Assembly: GCA_004431415.1 (NCBI GenBank)
Contig: QPMI01000514.1
Coordinates: forward strand, 124,001-188,000
Reading direction: 5' to 3'
DNA: 64,000 nt
DNA from: Cyanophora paradoxa CCMP329
Taxonomy: Eukaryota; Plantae; Glaucophyta
Shown here: in pieces, positions 10,732 to 23,464 of the stretch
How the letters are laid out: the number at the start of each line of letters is the position of its first letter
How positions within the stretch are numbered: the first letter of the stretch is position 1
The notes under the pieces: generated by a model
Seen by the model: the letters and a program-made list of their open reading frames with translations, nothing else
Databases searched by the model: none
Told to the model about the DNA's origin: nothing
Position numbers and translations under genes: made by a program

Positions 10732-13700
10732 ATGTTCGGCGTCTTCCCGGCGGAGCTGCATGCGCAACGCGCGGAATCCGCGAGCCGATCGCAACTACAT
10801 GCCGGCGGCGGCGAAGCGGAGGGAGAGTCCGCGCGCGCCCGAGGAACCAGTCTCGCAATCCTCGACGAGGATGTCGATGCCGGCGCGGGGGCCGAGATCC
10901 CGGGCTCCCTAACCCGCGCCTCGTCCTTCCTGCTCTCGCCGGCGCCCTCGGACGCGGGGGCGCAGCCGCTGCCGTCCTGCAGCAGCGGCCAGTCGTCGGC
11001 TTCGACGTCCACCCGCTTTGACGCCTCCAGCTTCCTCGCCGGTCAGCAGCACTGCTGGGCGAGCCGTTTGACAGGTCGGCCGGCACTCATCCCTTCGGGC
11101 GTGCGCAGGCGGGCGGAGACACTCGGGGGCGAAGCACGCCTGGCAGGAGGAGGCTGCGGGGCCGGAAGATGCGCTCCGATGGGGCGTCGTCGTCGCCCCG
11201 TCGCCCCGCCTCGTGCGCCGCCGACGCCCGCACGCTCTTTTCTTCAAGGCTTGACTCGCGCGCCTCTGACCCGCGATCGGGCTCCCTGCGCGCAGCTGAG
11301 CCCCTTCCCCTGCCCCTCGCCCCCCGATCCCGCATCCTCCTCGGGCACCCCTTCCCGCCCCCGCTCCCCCTCCCCCGCCCGCGCGGGCGGCGCGCCCCTC
11401 CGGAGCTTCTTCCCCCCGTCCGACCGCCAGCCCTCGCCGCCCCCGGCCGCGGGCCGCACGGCGCGTTTCGCAGACGGCCCCCACGTGCACGCCCGCCACG
11501 CGGCCCCTGACCGCGACCCTGAGGCGGGGGGGGCACGACGCTGCTCGCTCCCGCACAGCGACGGCCTGCCGGCGCCCGCCCGCGAGGTGCAGACGACCCT
11601 TCCCCCGCCCCCCTTGACAGCTCCCCTCCAATCCTTGTCGATTTCGCGTACCCCCGCAGGCGCGAGTGCTCCGCGCGATCGGCCGCGAGACGCTGCGGTA
11701 CCACAAGCGGCGGCCCACGGTCTGCGTCCCATACCCCGCGCCGCCGTTTTTTCGAAGTCCTTCGTACCCTCGTACCCGAGCCCTGTACCCCCCGCAGCTC
11801 CGGTCCTCCCTGGGCCTCCTGAAGGACTACGGTCTCCTCTCCCTCGTCTGCCTCCTCTCCGCTGCCCTCAGGCGCGCCGTACCCCCCCCCCGCAAGGAGC
11901 GCGCGTGTACCCTTGACCCGCTCTTCCCGCCCGCCCCCCGCAGCATCGGGATGATCGCGATCGTGGCGCGGGCGGAGTGGGTGCTGCCCCTCCCGGCGGG
12001 GGCCGCCCGGCCTCCCCCCGGGCCCTACTTCAACACGTGCGCTGCCCTGCGGCACCAGACATACTTATACGCTTCTCAAGGACTTGAGCTCGCTCTTAGA
12101 TCCTCGTACACTTCGCTCGTCGTCTGCGAGAACGTGTTCGCCCTTGCGCTTTTCGCCGGCATCCACTTCTGGTACCCCCCGTGCCGTCCCTCAAGGAAGC
12201 TGTACCCCCCTCATCCCCGTACCCCCAGGGCCACTCATTCCGACAGCGAGTTCCCGAATCGGGCATCGCGCATCCGGTGCGTGTCCCAATCGGAAATCCC
12301 ATCCAGCCACGCCCCGCGATTCTCGAAGGATGGCTATTGAGAGATTCGCGGGGGCAGGGCGTACGCCTGGATCGGGGCGAGCCTCGTACCGTTCGTCCTG
12401 CCATTCGCTCTCTCCTGGCTCCTCGGATTTCCTTTCTGGTGCGCCGCTTTAATAATGTGTACCCTTGAGCGCGCCGAGCCCCGGGCGGGGCCGCGCAGGT
12501 GGTACTACCTCGAGACGCAGACCCTGGTCGCGGTGCGTCGTGCCCCCTCGCTCCTCGACGCGGACGGGATCTACAAGAGGGACTCGAGCTCTGACCTGCG
12601 GGGCCGCCAGGTCTACTGCGGGCTGGCCTTCCTGCTGGGCTTCTACGGGGGGGACCCCGGCGAGCCCTTCTCCGACCGCGCCCGCCGCGGCGCCTGGTCC
12701 GCCCGCCCCTCGCCTCCCTTGAGGGAATTCTGGGCCGGGGCCTGACGGGGGCGGGGCGGGGCCGGGGCGGGCAGGTGGGTGCTGGTGGAGCTGCTGACCT
12801 CGGGCGTCGTCCTCGCGTGCGCGCCCTCCGCCTCTGCCCCGCCCTCCGCCCCGGCTGCAGGCGGCGGGGAAGCCTTCCTGAAGCCTAGACCTTGTCGTGC
12901 GCCGGCCTAAAAAGTATAAGAACAATAAAACCTAATCAGGGGGTGGCGAATGCTCCTTGAAGCCGAGGCCTCACCCGCGGCCGGCCTGCTGGGGTCGCGC
13001 GGCAGGTACGCGCTGTTCGTGGTGCCCGTGTACGCGACGGTCTTCTCGGACGGGGCCAAGCTCGCCTGGCGCCTCGCCGTCCACCCCCTCTTCTTCGAGG
13101 TGCCCCCCCGCCCTTCCCCCACCCCGCCCTCGCTCTTGCCGTAGCCCGCGCCCGCCCGCAGGTCTGCACGATGCTGCCCGTGCGCCGCCTCGTCATCGCC
13201 AACATGCAGGCCCGCCCCGGCCTCGGGCTCGCCGGGGGGCGGGGCTGAGGCGGGGGCGGGCAGGGGGAGCCGTCGGTCGTGCGCTCGCTCGCCATCGTCC
13301 ACGCCCAGTCCGTGCGCTGCGCCTCCCGCCCACGCCCCCGGCACCCGCCCCCGCCCCGCCACCCGTCGCCCTCTGCAGCGGCGGCGGCCTTCGCCGACGG
13401 CGGGGGGCGGGGGCGGGCAGCACGTGTCGACGCTGGGGCGGATCATGATCGCCGACATGTCCACCGGCGCCGCCTCCCTCGCCGCAATCGTCTCCGTCTC
13501 CGCCATTAAGGCAAGCCCCTCCCCGCTCTCCAGCCCCGCTCGCCGCTTCTAGACGCTTCTTGTCGTCGCTCCGAGTCCGCTCTTCATCCGAGGAGGAGCG
13601 CACGCGCGCGCATCGCCATCGCCTAAACGCGTAGACACGCCGCCGGTTGCGAGCGGCCGCGCGCCGGCCGCTCGGGCGGCTCAGCTGCGCGGCAGAGGTG

Positions 13701-15479
13701 AAGGAGGTGGAGACGGAGGCGGGGGCGGGGGCGGCGGGGCGGGGCCGGGGGAGCGTGGAGGTGGTGCCGCTGGGCCTCGGAGAGGCCCGCGCGAGCGCGC
13801 TGGGCCTGCACGGCCCCCGCCTCCACGCCCTCGAGCTCGCCTTCGCGCGGGCGCGGGCCGCCGCGGCCGGCGGGAGCGCGCAGGGGCGGCGCCGGGCGAG
13901 CGCGCTGGTGCCGGACATCCTCACGGGGGCCGAGTGGGCGGACCCCGCGGCGACCCTCCGCCGCCGCCGCGAGTCCCGGCGCCTCGGCCCCCCGCCGGCC
14001 GACTTGGGGGTCCCGAAGGCGGCGGCCAGCGCCGCCGCCGGCGACGGTGCTGGCGCTGCGGAGGGGCCCGAGGAGGGCCGCATCATCGAGGACTCCGCCT
14101 GCAGGTCCGCTGTTTGCCCCGAAGAGCCCGCCCTGCTCTCCTCCCGCCTCTCGCGACCGCCTGCGGCCTCACAAGTGCGGTGCCGCGGGGGCAGGCACCT
14201 CTTCATCCGCTCCGTCACCCTCTACACCGAGATCCTCATGGAGAACACCGCGTGCGCCCGAGTTGCTCGACGCTTCAAATGCCTGATACGTTTCTACAAG
14301 TTTAAGATAGGCTTCTTTTTAATTCCGGTACCTCGAGCTAGCTCCTTGGAGATCTTCGTGTGCGACTCGAAGCCTCGTGGCTTTAACCGATTACGGGTCG
14401 ACGTCTTTAATTCAACCCGCTGGATCGGATGCGGGGCGCCCCAATTTTTTGCAAGCCCTCTCGCCTCAAGCTCGCCCCCTCTCGTGGGCTGCTCGAAGAC
14501 TTGTAGCTTTGAATGATATTCCCGGGGCGGATGGGGCGCCCCAAACCCTCTAAATCTCGCCTCGAGCTCGCTTCGTCCCTTGCTCTCGGCCCGTTTCGCT
14601 GACCCCCCCCCCCCGCCCCCCCCCCCCCCCCTCCTCCTCCTCCTCCCCTCCCCCCCCCCCCCTCAGCGCCCTGGTCGCCCCTTCCTCCTCTACGTGCTCT
14701 ACCCCCACCGCGACTTCTTCGCCCTCCCCTTCCCCAAGACCCGGTACCCCCGCCCCGTCCCGCCCCGCCCTCCTCACCCTTCAGATCTGAATCCGATCTG
14801 ATCTGATGCGAGCAGGCCGGCGCTCTCGGCGGTGGCGGGGTCGGCGGGGGCGCAGTTCGCGTTCGCCGCCCTCTTTGACGGCCTCACCCTCGTCCTCAAC
14901 GCCCACCTCATGGGTCCGCCCCAGGCCGAGCTCTAGCTCTAGCTCTAGCTCTAGCTCTAGCCCAAGCTCTCGCGCCCGAACTGCGCAGATGCAGCTTGCT
15001 AGACGCTCGCGTAGTCAAGGAATCTAGACGTTAAGACGCAACTCTGCTCATAGTCAGTTCATAAGCGAAGAAGACGCCCGCCTCAGTTTTCTTTGGCTTG
15101 CAAGTGCCTAGCCTGACCTCGCGCCCCGCGCGCAGGCCTGCCCCTCCGCACCACCTTCCGCCAGATGCGCTCCCGCTCCTGGGCCTTCTTCGGCTTCGCC
15201 GTGCGCTGCCCGTGCGCTCCGCCCTGTACCCCCTCTCCCTGACGCCGCGCACGTGCGCGCGCGCAGGTGTACGGGGTGCTCTTCATGGGCGTCCTCTCCC
15301 TCCTGTACATGGGCGCCTCGGTACCCCGCCCCACGTGCGCCGCCTCGTACCCCCCTCCTGCGCTTTGGCTCGCGCTGCGATCTTAACGGGGGCACAGGTA
15401 CTGCTCGTCCCCCGCGGATCTCTGCTCGTGCGCGGGCTTCCCCGCCGCCGCCGCCCTCTGCACGGCCGCCCCTTCTTAA
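10732..15479 (+). CDS. Hypothetical multi-pass membrane protein, many exons
   Basis: Hydrophobic exons YGLLSLVCLLSAALR, NVFALALFAGIHFW, AYAWIGASLVPFVLPFALSWLLGFPFW, YALFVVPVYATVFSDGAKLAWRLAVHPLFFE and VYGVLFMGVLSLLYMGAS; Cys-rich end YCSSPADLCSCAGF...PS* (TAA 15477-15479). Start uncertain. Confidence 0.65.
14929..14961. repeat. (TCTAGC)n hexamer microsatellite, ~5 copies, intronic
   Basis: agctctagctctagctctagctctagctctagc seen directly. Confidence 0.9.
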
Positions 15480-15671
15480 GGAACTTGCGCTCAACCGAAT
15501 CGAGATCGGTGTAATTTCTATGTAATCTGACATGGACTGTACATCTGCATATGCATTCGCGTACGCGCACCAACTAAAATATACAACTGTCTCCATCGCG
15601 ACCATGACCGCGGCCGCACTTACGCGTCGCGCGGCTCGCGCGGCGCGCGCGGCGCGTCATCGACCTCGCCG

Positions 15672-18600
15672 TCACACCTTGATCATGACCTTCTTGGCGA
15701 GGCTCCCCGCGAGGCGCACGGCGGCCGCGGCCGCGGGGAACGAGGTGTGCGAGGAGGAGGCCTTCAGCGCCCCTCCCGAGGACGGGCGCGCGGGAAGAGG
15801 GCCGGAGCCCGGGGGCGCCGGGGGCGCCGCCGCGGCCGCCAGGCGCCTCGCGCTCGCGGCGTTGGAGGCGGCGCGGGCCCGCTCGACCGCCTGCGCGCGA
15901 TGTCAGCAGCGCAACGACGCATGTAAAAAGTTAAGAAGGGGGCGGGGGCGGACCTCGAAGAACTCTTCGACGGCGAGGGCGATCTCGCTCGGGGCATGCC
16001 CCCGTCCCCCGCCTCCTCCCCCTCCCTGTCGGCCCCCGGCCCCCGGCCCCCGTCCTCGGCGTCCGACGGCCCGCCGTTCGTGCGCGCGGTGCGGGCGGTG
16101 CGGGCGGTGCTCTCGCCGTCCCCCGCGCCCGCGCCGGGGCCGGGGCCCTCGCCCTCGCCGTGGGCGGCCTCCGCGTCGGCGAGCCCGGGCGGCGGCTCCC
16201 GGAACTTCATGCTCAGGCTCCGCAGCGACCGGAAGCTCCGCCCCGCCCCGCCCTATATTTTAGCTAGGCCTGAGGCGCCGCGCCGCGGGAGGGCGGGGGG
16301 GGGGCGGGGGGGGGGCGGGGGCCGCACCTTGGCCCCGAAGGAGCTCATCGACTTCCCCGAGCGGAAGCTCTGCGGGGGGGCCCAGCTCAGCTCTGGGGGG
16401 AGGGGACCGGGGGCGGGGCCGGGGCCACCTTGGCGCCAAGGGAGCGGGCGGTGGCGGCGGCCTCCTCCCTCTCGCGGAGCTCCTTGGCGGCGCAGTAGCG
16501 CGCCACCGCGCACCGCACCAGCGCCTCCTCGAACTCCACCTGCCCCGGCCCGTGAGGAGGTCCCTGCCCCTCTGCGGGATCTAGAGGCCCTGGGGTTCGA
16601 GCCCGGGCGACCGGCCTCGATTCGAGCTCGGGCGAGCTCGAGCGCACCGCGTCGAGCTCCTCCATGCTGTCGGCCCCGTGGTCGTCGGCCTGCGTCACCT
16701 CTGCGCGCCGCCGCCGCCGTCGGTCGCCATCGCCCTCGGGAGGGCGGGGGCCCGCGCGCGGCGCACCGTCGTCCATGACGGGGTCCGCCTGCGCCGTCGC
16801 GAAGGCCTGCGGGGGCGCCCCGGGGGCGACTCAGCACGTGCACGCCCCGGTTACGTTGATCATAAACGTTAACTCGCTCGAATTTCGCTTGGAATGGAAT
16901 TCGATCGCAAAGCTCAAATTCGAATTCACTAGAATCCCAAGCGAACGGCGAGCACACGTCCTGGACGTCCTTCTGGGAGAGCGTCTTCTCCTTCAGCAGC
17001 CCGAGGTCCTCGAACATCGTTACAAACTCGCGGATCGAGACCTGCCGCGCGCCGCCCGCTCGAGCTCGAATTCGCCCGATTAATGCCGGCGCGGGGAGAT
17101 TCAACTCGCGGACCGACTGGTTCTTGTGCGCCCCGAATGTCCGCGCCGCGATGAGGTCCAGGGCGCAGTACTTCTCGAACAGGAGCCGCATCTGCATCCA
17201 GAGTCAGGGAGGGGGGACGACAGGGAATTCGAAAGGGGAAGCTCGGGGGCGCGCGGTGGGGCGGGCGGCGGCGACGGCCTCCTGCACGGTCTCGTGCCGA
17301 ATGAGCTGCCGGAACTCCTCCACGTCGTCCCTGTGCCCCGAAGCGGGAGCGGAAAGGCGTCATAGATGCAGATAGATGGCGGGGTACGCGCCGGCGCCTC
17401 TAGGAAGCGTGGGGATCGATTGCAAGCGAGGCGGACCACTTGGCGTGGGGGAGGACGTTCTTCTCCATGAGGAGCGACAGGCGGCCCGCCAGGTTCCGCG
17501 CCTCCTTCGCCTGCCGCCCGTGCGCGTGTGACGAGATCGCGAGGCGGCTGCCGGCCCCCGCGCCGGGGCAGGCGGGGATGCCGGAGGGCGGGGGCCGCGC
17601 ACATACTTCGCCTCGGCGACGCGCACGACAGCCTGCAGGGGTGGCGAAGAGAGGGTCAGCTCACGGCGTCAATAAGCTTCGGGGGGCAGGGAGAGAGGAT
17701 GGGGGCCGGCCACGGGGGTGGAGGGGCGGGTGAGGGAATAGACAAGGGGGCAAGGGAAGAGGGGGTACGCGCGTTGAGGAACTCGGGCAGAACCATCGTC
17801 AGCTTTGTGTTTGCGTCGGAAGCCTGCGTTCGGCCTGTGTTGGAGAGGGGAGAGGGGGGGCGACGGGAGGGCCGGGGGTGCGAGGGACCTTGGTCGCGGC
17901 CGCGGCCGCGGGTCCGGCGTCGTTGTCTTCCCTGTTCGCGCTGATAAAAATGAGTTCCACCTGGGGGCCGGCGCCGGATGAGGGTCAGAACTCGGAAGGA
18001 CTGCGGTGGCATGCGCAGCTACGCATGCTCAGGGGCCCCGGCGGGCGCCGGCGGGCGCCGGCGGGAGTTCAAGGAAGATCTAGAACGAGCTTTACGAGGG
18101 CTAAAGCCCTCGAGTCGTCCCGGGCCGACATCTAGAGCTGGCCGACGTCTAGAATGAAACCGACCCGCTGCCGATCCGGGCAGCGGACCTTGGCAGAGGG
18201 GAGGCTCTTCGAGAGCATCTTGCAGTCCTTCACGAACGCGTCGAACTCTGGCGGGGCGGGGCGCGCGTGAATAGAATATTAATGAATAACAGACACTAAT
18301 GGAGCTCGCGATCCAGTCAAGCATGTGGCCATGGGAGGCACCGTATTTCGAAACCGTGTACATGTCGTCATTGTCGGCCTGCGTTAAATTTCATGATCAC
18401 ACCCATCAGTGGCTTCGAAGCTCGGAGGGGGTGGGGGGAGCGAGAGGGACAGAGGGGGGGGGGGGGGGGGGGGGGTTAGCGCACATTTCGGGAGCGAACT
18501 GCGATGCTTTTGACCTTTGAAGGAATGTATTTAGTTTTTTTTTTGAATTCAAAATCGAAGCGCGCGGAGGAGGCACGGGGCACGTGCACCTTGGCGCCGT

Positions 18601-19868
18601 CGAGGCGGGCGTAATAGCGGAATATCGTCCGCAGGGGTTTGTAGTAGTTCTTGTGCATCAGCTGCCGCAGCTGAGGGGGGATGATCATAAGGGGCGGCGG
18701 CCTTTCAGCGACGGCCGGGGGAGGATTCTGTCGGTGGCATCGAGGGAGGGGTATGCATATGAACCTCTTCGAGCTCCTCCTCCTGCGCCTTCCGCACAGT
18801 GGCGGCGCCCTCGCTGGTCCGCGCAGACCTCCCGCCCCTCGACTTCATGATCTCCTCTGCGGCACGCGAATTAGAAGGCCTCTTCGAGCTTTAAATTTCC
18901 GATCTAGAGTCCGATTGAAGATCGGCACCCATCTTGCTCTAGATCTGCCTCCAAATTTCGGGGAAATCGTCGATGATCGTGCGGGTGATCTTGGGGGGCT
19001 CTGGCGGCCGCGGCGCCTCTTGCGACTGCTCCCGCCGCTGTATGGGGCCGAAGTCGAGCGTGTTCCGCTTGCGCCCTGCGACCTGTGAGGGCCGGGGGTG
19101 TGGGCGGGCGCGTGGCGGGTCGGGTTACACACCTGGTTCAAAGTACCTGCACGGCAGCGCGGCGCTGGCGCCGGCGGGAGTTTTCCTCAGAGCGGGCCAC
19201 ATCAATGCGGAAGGGAATACGAGCGCACGGGCGGTCGCGGAAGACGTGCTCGACGGCTCCCCGGAAGTGCGCCGAGGCGCACCCGTCCCCGCTGTTGTGC
19301 GCCAGGCTCACCATCAGCGCGCCGGCGCCCTCCTTCCATTTCTGCGCCGCGCGGCGGCCCTCTCTCAGATAATTTGATTTAAGGGCAAAAATCCACGGAT
19401 CCGGAGCGAGGCTCGGTCTGTGGCTCGCCCGGTTGGTCAGAGAGTTGCCGCCGTGGCGAAGGTGGATGCTGGCGGCGTCGGGGAAGCAGCTCGGGGGCGT
19501 CCCCAGCCGCTCCCGCATCGTCCTCAGGCCCGCCAGCGACTCGTACAGCGGCTGCCGCGCGGACTCGCATCTCGCGAGCTCTGCGCCCCAGTCCGGTCAA
19601 TTTGCAAATATCCACTCCGGTTTTAATTTCGACGGAAGGCCGAGCTCGAGGCGCAGCGCGCGCGCATACTTTTTTGGGCGGCGTGGATTGCCGCGGCCTC
19701 GGCGTGGAGCGAGGGGAGGGAGGCCGACTCCGAGGGGGAGCTCGAGGCGAGGCTGCGGTGCCCGAGGGCCGTCGCCGGCCGCGGGCGCCCGCCCCCCGCC
19801 CCCGCGTTGAAGGTCCAGGGCAGATCGCCGGCCGCCGCCGCCGCCAAAGAGCCAAGCGACGCCGACAT
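15672..19868 (-). CDS. Hypothetical protein with degenerate EF-hand-like helices
   Basis: Exons LRQLMHKNYYKPLRTIFRYYARLDGAK, EFDAFVKDCKML, MRLLFEKYCALD, VSIREFVTMFEDLGLLKEKTLSQKDVQD and DSMEELDA|VEFEEALVRCA resemble protist EF-hand-like proteins. Start approximate. Confidence 0.6.
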
Positions 19869-20273
19869 GCCGGCGGGCGCCAACTCGGGCTGGATGCCGG
19901 CGGAGACCCGGGTGCCGAATCGGGCCGGATGACCGCCCCGCACTGCAGCCGTGGATCCCGGACGGCTCTGCGAAGCTGTCTGGATTCGAATTCTCGAGAT
20001 AGCTGCGCGCGCTCCGCTGAAAACTTCAGGGCTTGGGAGCAGGTCGCGCCCGTCGCCCCTGAACGCGCCGAGTGAACGTCGGACCGCGCGCGCGCGGCGG
20101 GCCGGCGCCGCCCGGCGGCCGCGGGCCGGCGGCGGCGCGTCGATCTACGCGGCGAGCTAGCGGCGTAGCGCTTGCGTGCGAGTCGATGTGCCCGTCGATG
20201 TCCGGGATCCCGGCCCCGGCCCGGCGGCCCGGGCCATGGCCAGTCTAGATCTAGATCTATACCTACTTCTAGC

Positions 20274-20785
20274 CAGTGCTGAGTAAAATTTACTCCCCAA
20301 AAATTGGCCTGAAAACTTTCTGCAAGCTTTGGAAAATTATGTGCAAATATTTGCGCCATTGAAAACATTCCAAGCACCGCAAAAGCACTGTATCTAGCTC
20401 GTAGCAAATAAGCGTCTAAACGAGAGATATGGGCTTTGCAATGATACCTGTGCGTTTAGATTCAAAATACGCAAGCGTTATGTCTTGTTTTGGCCTTCTT
20501 TTCAGAGTCGCTGAGAGGGGGGTACCCATCTTAATGAAGCGACCTTCGCCCTCCTGACGCCCATGTAGCTCTCTCACCTCTAAAACTATGTCAGAACCGA
20601 TGGGAATGCCGCGAGCAGCCGATAGACCTTGCTCGTAATTGGCGGTGGGGTGGGGTGCGGAGGGGGGGTCAAGTGCAAATTTACTGAAAGTTTTCTATGG
20701 TTGCCGGCGGGGATGAAAATTAACTGAAAGTTTGCAAGAAAATTTTCAACTGAAAGTTTGCCCAGCGCAAAGATACGCAGCACTG
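20274..20785. mobile_element. Non-autonomous hAT-type DNA transposon (MITE), 512 bp
   Basis: TIRs CAGTGCTGAGTA and TACGCAGCACTG (11/12 complementary); perfect 8-bp TSD CTTCTAGC at 20266-20273 and 20786-20793; AT-rich interior; three subterminal ACTGAAAGTTT repeats at ~20683-20759. Confidence 0.9.
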
Positions 20786-21649
20786 CTTCTAGCAGGTGCC
20801 CGGCGACTCCGTACAAGACGGTACAACGGACTCCCGAGTCCCGAGTCCGTACTACTGACAGTCTACTGTGAATGTAGAAATTTTCGTCGAGACTTAACTA
20901 GCAGACCGCGCCCGGCCGTGCGCAAGTGCGGCAAGTACGGGCCGCGCGCGGAGGTGCAAGGGGGGGTACTTGTGCACATTGCAGGGGTCTTGAGAGGGGG
21001 GGGGGGGGGGGCAGAGACGCGAGGCGGGCGGCCGGGCGAGGCGGACGCCGGGGGCGGGGGAGGGGGGAAGGGGGGGGGGGGAGGGGCGGGGGGGGGGGGT
21101 GCGGGGTCAGAGAGGCGGGGCGGGCGGACGGGCCTGGGGTGGGGTGGCGAGGCGGGCAGGGGTGGCGAGCGGCGGCGGCGGACAGGCGAGGGCGGCGGCG
21201 GGCGTGAAAGTGGGAGGAGAGGCAGTGGGATGCACTTAGCCTGCGCATGCGCAGAGCCGACGTCAGCTCTCCCTGGACAGCGACTGTGCGGGGGCGGGGC
21301 CCAGCGGGGTCGGCCGGGTCAGGTGCGCAGCAGCAGCGGCGTGGCGAACCTGGAGTCGACGAAGTTGAAGCAGCCGGCGGGGCGGCGGGCGAGGAAGCGG
21401 GCGGAGCGGCGGCAGGTGGCGCCGCGCCCTGTTCATAGCCTGCGCATGCGCATGCTTGACCGGCGAGCCGCACCCAGCCCGCCGCGCTCCCGCCCCGCCC
21501 GTCGAGCCGCGCGCGCCGTCACTTGTCTCTCGAGCCTGCCGCCGGCTGCATGGCGCCGGCATCGGTGCGCGAGGGCAGCGTGGCGCGCGCGGGCCGATGC
21601 AGACCAATATGGCAGATGCAGGTTCACTCCGACAACGTGCCCACGCGTG

Positions 21650-21706
21650 AGAGGCTGCTGCTAGAGGCGAGGCTGCTGCTGCTAGAGGCTGCTGCTAGAG
21701 GCGAGG
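21650..21706. repeat. GAGGCTGCTGCTAGAGGC-type minisatellite, ~3 copies
   Basis: Seen directly. Confidence 0.75.
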
Positions 21707-21861
21707 CCAGACCCATGGCCACGCGTCAGAGGTTGCTGCTGCTGAAGCTCGGATCTGCGGTCGGCGGGCGAAAGGCGCCGGCAGTCAGCTGCAGCTGCAG
21801 AACCATCGGCGCGGCCTCGGCCAATTGCAAGCGGCGCGCACCGGAAGGCGGCGTCGCGGAC

Positions 21862-22117
21862 GCCTTCTTCCGGCACTGACGAACGTGCTTGTGCAGGTTC
21901 TTGTGCTTGAAGAGAATGACAACGCCGAGCTGAAGTCTGCTTGAACCGGAGTCCGTCAGATCTAGAAACCGAGAGCGTAGCTATAGGCCGAGCTCGAGGC
22001 CGCGACGCAGCCGGGCGCGCACCGGAACGCTGCGTAGTGGGCGCCTTCTTTCTGCACTCTCTCACGTGCCAACGTGTCCGGTCGAGCGAAGTGCTTCCAG
22101 CATGCGCAGCGAGTGCA
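21862..22117 (-). pseudogene. Frameshifted pair of C2H2/C2HC-like zinc fingers inside the TIR element
   Basis: CTRCACWKHFARPDTLAR/(shift)HVRECRKKA and RCHSL/(shift)FKHKNLHKHVRQCRKKA; both are followed by a similar ..SGAR sequence. Confidence 0.5.
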
Positions 22118-23464
22118 TTTGCCGCCAGTATGGCAGCCAAGCGGCTGCGATGGAGCTCGAGCAAAGCTGACCTTCGCTTGCGACTACGTTTGTCGTCCGC
22201 GGACCCGGGCGAAGGGCCGGGTGACGCGTACCCGGTTCAAGGCTATGGGGGGGGGGGCTATCTGGCCGGGTACTGCAACACGATATCCCCTGAAACTCGC
22301 AGGAGCGCTTTTTTTCGGCGCCCGGGACAACAGGTACTTGAGGCGGCCTAGCGAGCCACGCGCCGCTTCTAGAGCCAAGGCATGTATGACAGAGTTTGTA
22401 GAGCGCATTGAGAGCATTCAGGTGCACGTGGTTTGGCGCATATAGCGATAGCAGGTGAGGCGCGAGCTCGACATGTTTGCGCAGCCCCGCCCTTGCATTT
22501 TTTTCCGCCGCTCGCAGCGGCTACGATGTGATCACGCCTATACGAGAGCGCATGCAAAGAATCGCATCTTACAAAAATTGCTAACACAGAAAGTACGCCG
22601 CACCAATTCACCAGGGGAGCAAGGGAGGGGGTACCCCCCCTTGCAATTTCGACAAAACCCGAAAATCGTGACGAAAATATGGTTCGACAGCATCAAATTT
22701 TCGTCAGCCCCGCAACTCCGCCATAGACGGGTCAGCCGTTAGTACCCCTCTCCATACAAAATTTCCGTTCAAGAAAATCAAATATTCGTCACAGTGCAGG
22801 TCTGACGAATATAGACGAAATAAAGACGCTGTCGAAGATTCCTACGTTCACAGTGACTTCACACTGCTTCACAGTACGTAGCTCAGGTAGGCTGAGGTAC
22901 CGGTAGCTGTAGGCTGTGGCTAAGTCTTGGTGGGCGAAACGTCAACGCTTTCGCTTGCCGCGCCCTCGGAGGTGTTGCAATAAACGCATTTGATCCTGTA
23001 CGGGGTACAGCAATGTGCAAAATTGTCCCAAGTACCAAACCCACAAGTGACTAAAAAACTCAGGGGCCGCATGCCATTGGCTGATTGCGCAGTCTCTTGG
23101 CACCCACAAGTTTACTGCTCCTGGTACCAAGTACTAGTAGTGCTTCTTGCTTGGTACGGTAACTTCAGCTTCAAGGCATGATATATCGATATCGATGGAT
23201 TTGCAATTCAATGATTGGCACTAATTTGGCAGTGTAATTTGCCACTAATGATGTGGCAGACTCTCATCAGAAGAGGACAACGGGCCGGGGTGGACTCGGA
23301 AGTTTCGGAACTTCTGAATGTCGCTTATCGGAGGGGTGCGACTTGCCGAGGCGTAGGCCGGCGCGGGAGCGGTCGGGCCGGGGGGCGGGCTCCGGGGGCG
23401 CGAGGGCCGGGGGCGGCGGGGAGGGCGGGGCCGGGCGGGGAGCGGCGGGCGGCCTCGCGCTCGG

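Larger units (their letters stand above)
20865..22854. mobile_element. Decayed TIR DNA transposon (CACTA/CMC-like), ~2 kb
   Basis: Imperfect 24-bp inverted ends, 20865-20888 vs 22831-22854 (20/24); clustered TGACGAA/TTCGTC subterminal motifs in both orientations at 22650-22840. No clear TSD and no intact transposase. Confidence 0.5.

Noticed and set aside
10001-15530. TGTAA as a green-algal-type poly(A) signal (near 10001, 15510, 15521)
   Set aside because: Seen after only two genes and not after the others; not enough to call.
22940-23310. AT-richer tract with CCCACAAG and GTACCAAG repeats as a further transposon
   Set aside because: No convincing TIR or TSD found.
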